DNA from: Eledone cirrhosa
Lineage: Eukaryota
Length of the DNA stretch: 64,000 bases
NCBI GenBank assembly: GCA_964016885.1
Contig: OZ024742.1
Coordinates: 119,598,001-119,662,000 of the forward strand
Direction: 5' to 3'
Below are positions 57,211 through 64,000 of the stretch, one piece after another (within the stretch, counting starts at the first letter, position 1; the number at the start of each line of letters is the position of its first letter). A program made the position numbers and the translations under genes. Under the pieces are notes generated by a model. It saw only the letters and a list, made by a program, of their open reading frames with translations, was not told where the DNA came from and did no database searches.

Positions 57211-57324
57211 CCTATGTTTTCCAGAAGCATAGAAAAGAGTCAAACAACCATTATTCATTTTTTTTATCTATTTATATGTAACTTGCTGGAACCAAACATT
57301 AATCCCATGTTGTTTATTTTTCAG

Positions 57325-57406
57325 AATTAAAAAATGGGGAAGTGATCTTGAAAACAGATTAAAATCAAACATGACAAATGTAACAGGACACCATATACTA
57401 CAACAG
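57325..57406 (+). CDS. CACNA2D: Coding exon 2 of alpha2delta subunit (82 nt)
   Basis: Acceptor ttgtttatttttcAG and donor CAG/GTATGT. Phase 2 joins exon 1 to give (L)IKKWGSDLENRLKSNMTNVTGHHILQQ, resembling alpha2delta '[27 protein letters not shown]' (recalled sequence). Contains two N-glycosylation sequons (NMT, NVT). Confidence 0.88.
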
Positions 57407-58779
57407 GTATGTTTTCATATAATCTTATGATTTATAACTCCTGAGAAAGATTTAAGGTTTTATCATGAAGGTATTTTTCACTTAGTCAGCACTACCCACT
57501 TATGTGAAATGTTTTAATTTCATTTGAAATAAAAAGAAATGAAATAGAGTTTAATCTTTGTACAAAGGTTAGATTTTGTGACAAAACAAATAATCTCCAC
57601 CTCAAACTGAGCCTAAGGAAGATAGTGATGGTTTAATGTATACAAAACAAAAAGAAAACGATTTCATAAAGTAGCCAAATATGGATAAATGTCTAAATTT
57701 GTCATCTTTACTATAATAATAAGCTTGCGTTATGATGTTTTGAGTTATTTCTAAAGCAGTTCTGTATTCCTCTTATATTCAATACACAAATGTATAAATT
57801 CATCTCATTGAAAGCTCATATAAAGTTCCACTTCAATTTTTATATACTTGTTGTTGGTGTTGTTATAGCTCACCTGCACAGGTGTTATGACTCACACCTT
57901 AGCAGGTTTCACTGGCCATTAGGTTGCATTGCAAGGAAGATATTTTGAAGGTAGAAGCCCCAGTCCTATCATGTCACTATTTTTTCAGTAACAGAAAGTG
58001 AGATTTGAACTCCAAATGCACAAAGCCAGAACGCATGCTAAAAGACATTGCATCCAATGCTTTAACAATTCTACTAGACTGATATTGTATTGATCCTAAA
58101 AAAATGAAAAACAAAGTTGAGCTCAGCAAGACTTGAACTCAGAATTCAGAGTGCTGGAACAAATACATGCAATCAACTGTTAATTTGACACCTAATTTTT
58201 ACATACTAGAATGTGATATATAGTTTAGCAGAATTAGAAAGTTTACATGTGGACTTTATCTGAATTATATATCCTTTTGTTGTTACGTATCAAATAAGAC
58301 ATTCGATTATTGTGAATATTTAGGAAAAAATTAGTAATATGATACCTAAAAATATAATCTTGTAGAATAAACCAATGATAGAGCTACCATGGGGTTGTTC
58401 TGTCTAGAAATAACAGCCTAATCTCCAAATTTAACCTTATTATCTTGGAAAATTACATATTAGATAATATCACCTTCAAAAAAGATGGTGTATTTACAAC
58501 TGGAATGCTTTTGATCATAGGCTTGCTCAAACAGGGCTGACCTGGGACTAAACCACAACAATCATATCTGAAATATAGATTCACCCATAAATCTTATGCA
58601 GATCTACTGTGAGTAGATTCAAAGTATCTGTGAACAAATTAACTTGACAGCAAGGTTTAGAAGTAACACTATTTTCTGAATTGAAAGCATAACCATAGGA
58701 ATTGATGAAACAAAAGTCTATATATAAAAATATCCTTGGTTTTTATAGAACAGCAAAACTTTTGATCATAGGTGAAATA

Positions 58780-58993
58780 ATGATTTCTAACAGATGCAAA
58801 AGACCAGCAATTTCGAGAAGAAGGGAAAGTCAATTAAACTGACACCAGTGCTTGACTGGTACTTTATTTAATCGGCCTTAGAAGGATGAAAGTCAAAGCT
58901 GACCATGGCAGGATTTTAATTCAAAATGTAAAAAGCCATAATTAAATGCCACAAAACATTTTGCCTGACATGCTAATGATTCTGCCAATCCAG
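58780..58993 (-). mobile_element. MetaSINE-type SINE (older), flanked by gatcataggtgaaat duplication
   Basis: Family motifs. gatcataggtgaaat occurs at about 58763 and 58993. Confidence 0.75.
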
Positions 58994-59598
58994 ATCATAG
59001 GTGAAATTACCAAGTCAGAAGTGGCAGAACATGTATAAAATGAAAAGTGAAACCATATTATATGATAAAAAGTTTTATCATAGACAAGGAGAAGCTGACA
59101 GATATTAAAAAACACCAAACATTATATAACCCCTACCATGAGCCAACTAAATAAGCTTCAGGTTTTCCTTACTGAAATCAGTGTAAATGCTATCAAAATT
59201 GACATATTACTGTTTTGTAAGACTGGCATACTGGATAAAAATGTCAAAACATTGTTCTTAATAAGATTTGCTAGTTTTATCATATACTTAAGCAATGTAT
59301 GCATGAGAAATTATGACAGTAAAATGTGTGTGAATACCTTTAAATATTATGAGTATATTTGTGTATATGTGCATATTTTTAGTTATCTATAATCATATAT
59401 CTCATTAAAATCATGCAGTGATTTAAAATTTGCTAAAACCACAAAAAATGTAAAAGATATATTATATTACAGGAGCAAAATATAAAACAACCAAAAATTT
59501 ATGTATATTTGAATAACATTTTATGTCATATTTTCAAATCATCGTTTTTATATTTAACTTATTTATTTTAGTATATGATACTATCAGAAATATATTAT

Positions 59599-59842
59599 TT
59601 AACCCTTTCATTGTCAAATTTCTAATGAAATACACTTTATTTGAATTAATTAATGAAGAATATGAAGAAATTTACTAAAAATATAAATAATTTTCATTAT
59701 CACGATGGTATTTGTAACATACCAAAAGGTTCCTACATCAAATTATGTTAGAATATTTTAATTCATATCGGAACTCTTTAAAATTGGTTGTTTTGTTTCA
59801 TAGAACAAGAGGTTTGGGGTGGGTTAGTATGAAGAGGGTTAA
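59599..59842 (-). mobile_element. piggyBac-like MITE (longer family)
   Basis: TTAA-ccctttcat ... atgaagaggg-TTAA. Confidence 0.65.
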
Positions 59843-60195
59843 TTGTGATGTAATTATATTACTCTAACTGTGAAAATGAAAGTAAGCTTCATCAGTCCAT
59901 AAATGTTTAACATGCGGCTATTTGTTAATTAAAATGTCATCAGTTTCCAGCTTTTTCTATTTATTATTACAAGTTATTGATTAATTCTAATTTTGTGTCA
60001 CTAAATGATATTTTATAATGTGATTAACACTTGTAAAAAGAATGTTGAAATGTGTTGAGACATAACTTCAATGCAATTCTATAAGGGTTATCATTTTTCT
60101 GAATCCTCTTCAACCTTGATTGATCACAAATAGATGTTTATCAGTTGGTGATGATTGCTGAATAATTAGTCTATAAACAATTCTAGTTTTCTGCA

Positions 60196-60424
60196 TTAAC
60201 CCTTTAGCATTTAAACCTGCCATATCCGTCCAGAATTCTCTCATCGTTTTCTGTTCAAACTGGCTGTATCCGGCTGCTCATACTGATATTAAGGTGTTGT
60301 TGTCAAAATAAATAATATCAAAATCTCATTAATTCGATATTATGTGAGATAATTATGTAAGGTAATGCCTTTACTGTGAAAATACAATAGTAAATATAGA
60401 GTAATGTAAATGCTAAAGGGTTAA
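60196..60424 (+). mobile_element. piggyBac-like MITE, complete
   Basis: TTAA-ccctttagcattta ... taaatgctaaaggg-TTAA, with perfect TIRs. Confidence 0.85.
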
Positions 60425-61351
60425 CCTGTGTACATTCCTGTACATTTACATAATAATTCTCTCATCATTATATTAGCAAGTATAGTTATTTATGATTTAC
60501 TGTTATGGTCATAATAAGACTGAAACATGTCTGATACTTGATGAAATGATTTAAATAATATTGGTTAATGACTAATATTTTATTTATTTTCCTTGTCACA
60601 TTTATATCTAGTTTGCTGTTTAATGCCCCTACATTAAATGTGTTAATACTAACTTAATCTTTTGTGTTAAAAAGTCAATTCTCTTGCCAAAACAATCACT
60701 AAACTTTGTAGAATTCACCTTTTCACCACTTTCAACCATGAGGATTCTTTAAAACAAATTCCTGCAGAACCTCACCACCACCACCACCATATTTGCATAA
60801 AATTCAACACTAGTAAATCTCCTCAAAAATTATCCCTTTTCCCATCACATATCTCACCCCCACATACACATACATGTTAAGTGTAAAAGTATCTCTAGCC
60901 ACTTAAATGCAACAAAGTCATCAGCTCTGACAGTCTCCCTTCCATTAACTCCCAACAATGAACCTCTGAACTAGTCCCCAATCTTTGCAACACTCTTCTA
61001 GATGATCTATTTCAATCTTTTCTCAAGAGAGGCAGTCTCTATGTCCTTATTAGTACTAATAAGGATTTCTAACTTTGGCACAATGCACAGATTTGTAAGG
61101 AGAGGCTAGATGATTAAATTGACTGCAATACTTGATAGAAACTTTATTTTATCAATCCCAGAAGGATGAAAGGTAAAACTGACTTCAGTTGAATTTGAAT
61201 GCCATAACCAGAATAATGATACAGTCAATTCAAACTGTATTAATGATAATTGGGTCATTGAGTATGATCTAACAGTACAAAAGCATAAAGCCACTGTACT
61301 CGTAATGTTTACAAGTTTATATACAATAAAAAATAAAATATATATATATGG

Positions 61352-63180
61352 CATCATAATCGTCAGTACGTCTGTTTTCCCTGCTTGCATCTCTCCACTC
61401 ATTGTGTTCCTTTGTCATCTCTGTGAGTCTCAGCTTTTAAAACCTCTGCCCAGATATTTGTTCTATTTCTTCTGCAGCTGGCATTTCCTGGCAATTCTTC
61501 ACACAACGATCATTGACCATGAGCATCACATGTCCATACCAATGCAGTCTCCTCTCTTGAACACCACCTTAGATTCCTGTTAAACCCAGCTTTTCCCTCG
61601 ACTCATCCAAGCTCTGTCTTTCTCTCACACATCCAATGAAGCATGGCTGCTTCATTTCTCTCCAGCCTACACATGTCCTCTGCAACCACAGCTGATGTTT
61701 CACTACATTGCAGCATCGGGCAGCCATCCTTTTGTACATAGGGAAAAACCTTTTGTGGTCAACAGTGGGAGTAGTTCTCTAAACTTTTTCCATCCTGTAC
61801 TTATTCTAACTATAATGCTCTCAGAACACCCTCTTCCATTGCTAATTACATTGCCTAGATAGCAGAAGCTATCAACTACTGCTATGGGTACTTTCAGTGA
61901 TTGGAATAGGTTTACATCACTGACTCTCTTTCCCTTGGTTACCCTTGTGCATCTTCTACATATCATGTCTTCCCTTTCTGTTTGTCTACTCGTTATCTTA
62001 TTACATCTCTTGTGTACCCAAGATTTACATTGTGCACATTGTATGGAGTTTATGCCTTCTCCCTTTCTACATATTGAGCTGGGCCACTTCCTTAAAGGAA
62101 TCAGGATCCTATCTTCTCTGCTAATCACTAGCATTTAGCTTTGTCTAAGTCTACTCTCAACTCTTTTGATTCCAAATTCTGTTTTCATATTCAGAACTTA
62201 TTTTCTGCATAGAGAAGTTCCCATGGGTAACTGGTCTTGAACTCCTTCATTATAGCATGGAGAACTATAATGAATAATAGTGGGCTAAGAACTGAACCCT
62301 GATGAACTCTTACCTCTGTCTTGACTTCTTCACTAAACTCATTTCCTACTCTCACTTTGCTGACAGTTCCTCTGTACATGGCTTGCACTGCTCTCAACAA
62401 CCATTCTTCTGCACCTAATTTTATTAAGGATCACCAGATAATAGATTGGGGTACTATGTTAAACGCTTTTTCTAGGCGAACAAAAGCCAGATATAGTGGC
62501 TTATTTTTTGCTAAGAACTCTTGTAGTTGCCTCACTAAACTGAGGGCATCTGTTGTACTTTTCCCAGGTATGAAACCGAAATGCATTGCATCTAATTTGA
62601 CTCTTTCCATAATTAGCTGCACAGTAAATCTCTTGGTCACTTTCTTAGTTGCTCCTTTCTAGAGAATCACCTTTACTCTTGTAGTAACTTATGATTGTCC
62701 TGCTGCACCAGTCATTGGGTTTGACTCTGTCCTGTATTGCCTGATTGACTATGTGGGTTACTAGTTCAACTCCTACTCCCAATGCTTTTAGTATTTCAGC
62801 AGCAATCTCTGATGGTCCTGCAGCTTTACCATTTTTTATCTCTTTGATTGCTTCTTTAACCCTTCAATGGCTGGCCCTTCTGTTGGGTAGGTTGGGGGTA
62901 GTTTCTCTTCCTCCCATTTATTATTTACTATTCAGTCTCTCATAGTAACATTTCCAGGCCTCTTTCTTTCGAGCATCAGTGGTACTAAATGCATCAATGT
63001 AATTTCTAACACACTTTTCCTCAACAACATCACAATATCACACTGACACACTGCCTTGCAATATGAAACACTTTGCATCTTTAATCCTCATGCCTCAGGA
63101 CATTGGCAGACTTTCTTTCTTCAGCTTCTTTTTGAGCTGTGTACACTTGTCGTATAGCATCTCTCTTAGCTACCTGGTAT
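61352..63180 (-). mobile_element. Degenerate RTE LINE (same family as 35125-37195)
   Basis: FGFIPGKSTTDA, VHQGSVLSPLLFIIVL, PWELLYAE, PHD-like Cys cluster, FCYLG..GWKKFRELLPLL. Confidence 0.9.
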
Positions 63181-63707
63181 ATATATATGTATATATATAT
63201 ATGCATACAAACATACACACATACGTACATTCTTATATATTAAGATATGGAGCTTTAAAATATAAATTGGAAAAATTTATCAAATATTGACTTCAGAAAA
63301 TTTCAATAATCTATCCTTTAGAATGTGCTCATTGTTAGACCTTCATACACAACATGATTAATGTTAAATTAAAGCTACAAAAACAGTCTATTTTTATTTG
63401 CTTCATATAAAGAAAACTTAGATAGTTTGCTGTTATTTTCTTTTTTCTGTCAGAATTATCCTCAATGTTTGTATTTTTATCAATTTGTTTTGAAGAATTC
63501 TTTGAGGATGTCATAATTGATCCTATCGGAATTTGGGTATGTCAGGATAAATTTTATGCCAATATCTTTTTATTTAAATCAGATTTTTTTCACCAATAAC
63601 CACTTATATGAAAATTATTGAAAATTACTTTTAAATTATTATGATTATATTTCTTAACAGAATATCTCAATTTTATTGATTTTTATACCTTACACTTTTG
63701 ATTTCAG

Positions 63708-63827
63708 CACTACAACAAATACAATCCACAAGCAACACATTTTGACCCATTGGATACAGAAGTTCTCGTAAAAGAGTTTTCAAGTTCATTAACTGAGATG
63801 TTGCAAAAAAGTAAAGAAGCTCTAAAA
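63708..63827 (+). CDS. CACNA2D: Coding exon 3 of alpha2delta subunit (120 nt); gene continues beyond window
   Basis: Acceptor cttttgatttcAG, donor AAA/GTAAGT, phase 0-0. Reads HYNKYNPQATHFDPLDTEVLVKEFSSSLTEMLQKSKEALK, resembling the alpha2delta 'YEKY...LV......IE.LL....AL' helix preceding the VWA_N region. Confidence 0.88.
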
Positions 63828-64000
63828 GTAAGTTTATGCTTTGGAAAATTTTAAATTATTTTACTAACAATACAGGTAATGTTGTGGCCATAGTTAGACT
63901 CTCTTAGTTCTGTTTCAGGTATACAACTCTCTATATGGAACATAATTTAAATAAATCCACTTGCATGAATATTTTTTAAAACTATTATGTCAGTGAGAGG

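Overview
This is AT-rich, microsatellite- and retroelement-dense animal genomic DNA. The repeat content (MetaSINE-type and tRNA-derived SINEs, RTE LINEs with (GAT)n tails, multi-kb TA/TG arrays) suggests a coleoid cephalopod, probably Octopus (inference). The ORF track misses the only host gene I can support: the 5' end of a voltage-gated calcium channel alpha2delta subunit (CACNA2D family) on the + strand. It has three short coding exons (4691-4839, 57325-57406, 63708-63827) that splice in frame across a 52.5-kb and a 6.3-kb intron. The rest is transposon debris: RTE, CR1 and CRE-like LINE fragments, SINEs, piggyBac-like and Tc1-like MITEs, tandem repeats and palindromes. The most notable hidden signal is a set of Penelope-type type I hammerhead ribozyme motifs in intron 1. 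Three have an intact core and lie antisense to the gene (13148-13194, 15068-15105, 21818-21864). Both sense-strand copies are damaged in the core or stem III. All folds were paired by eye, and repeat boundaries are approximate.
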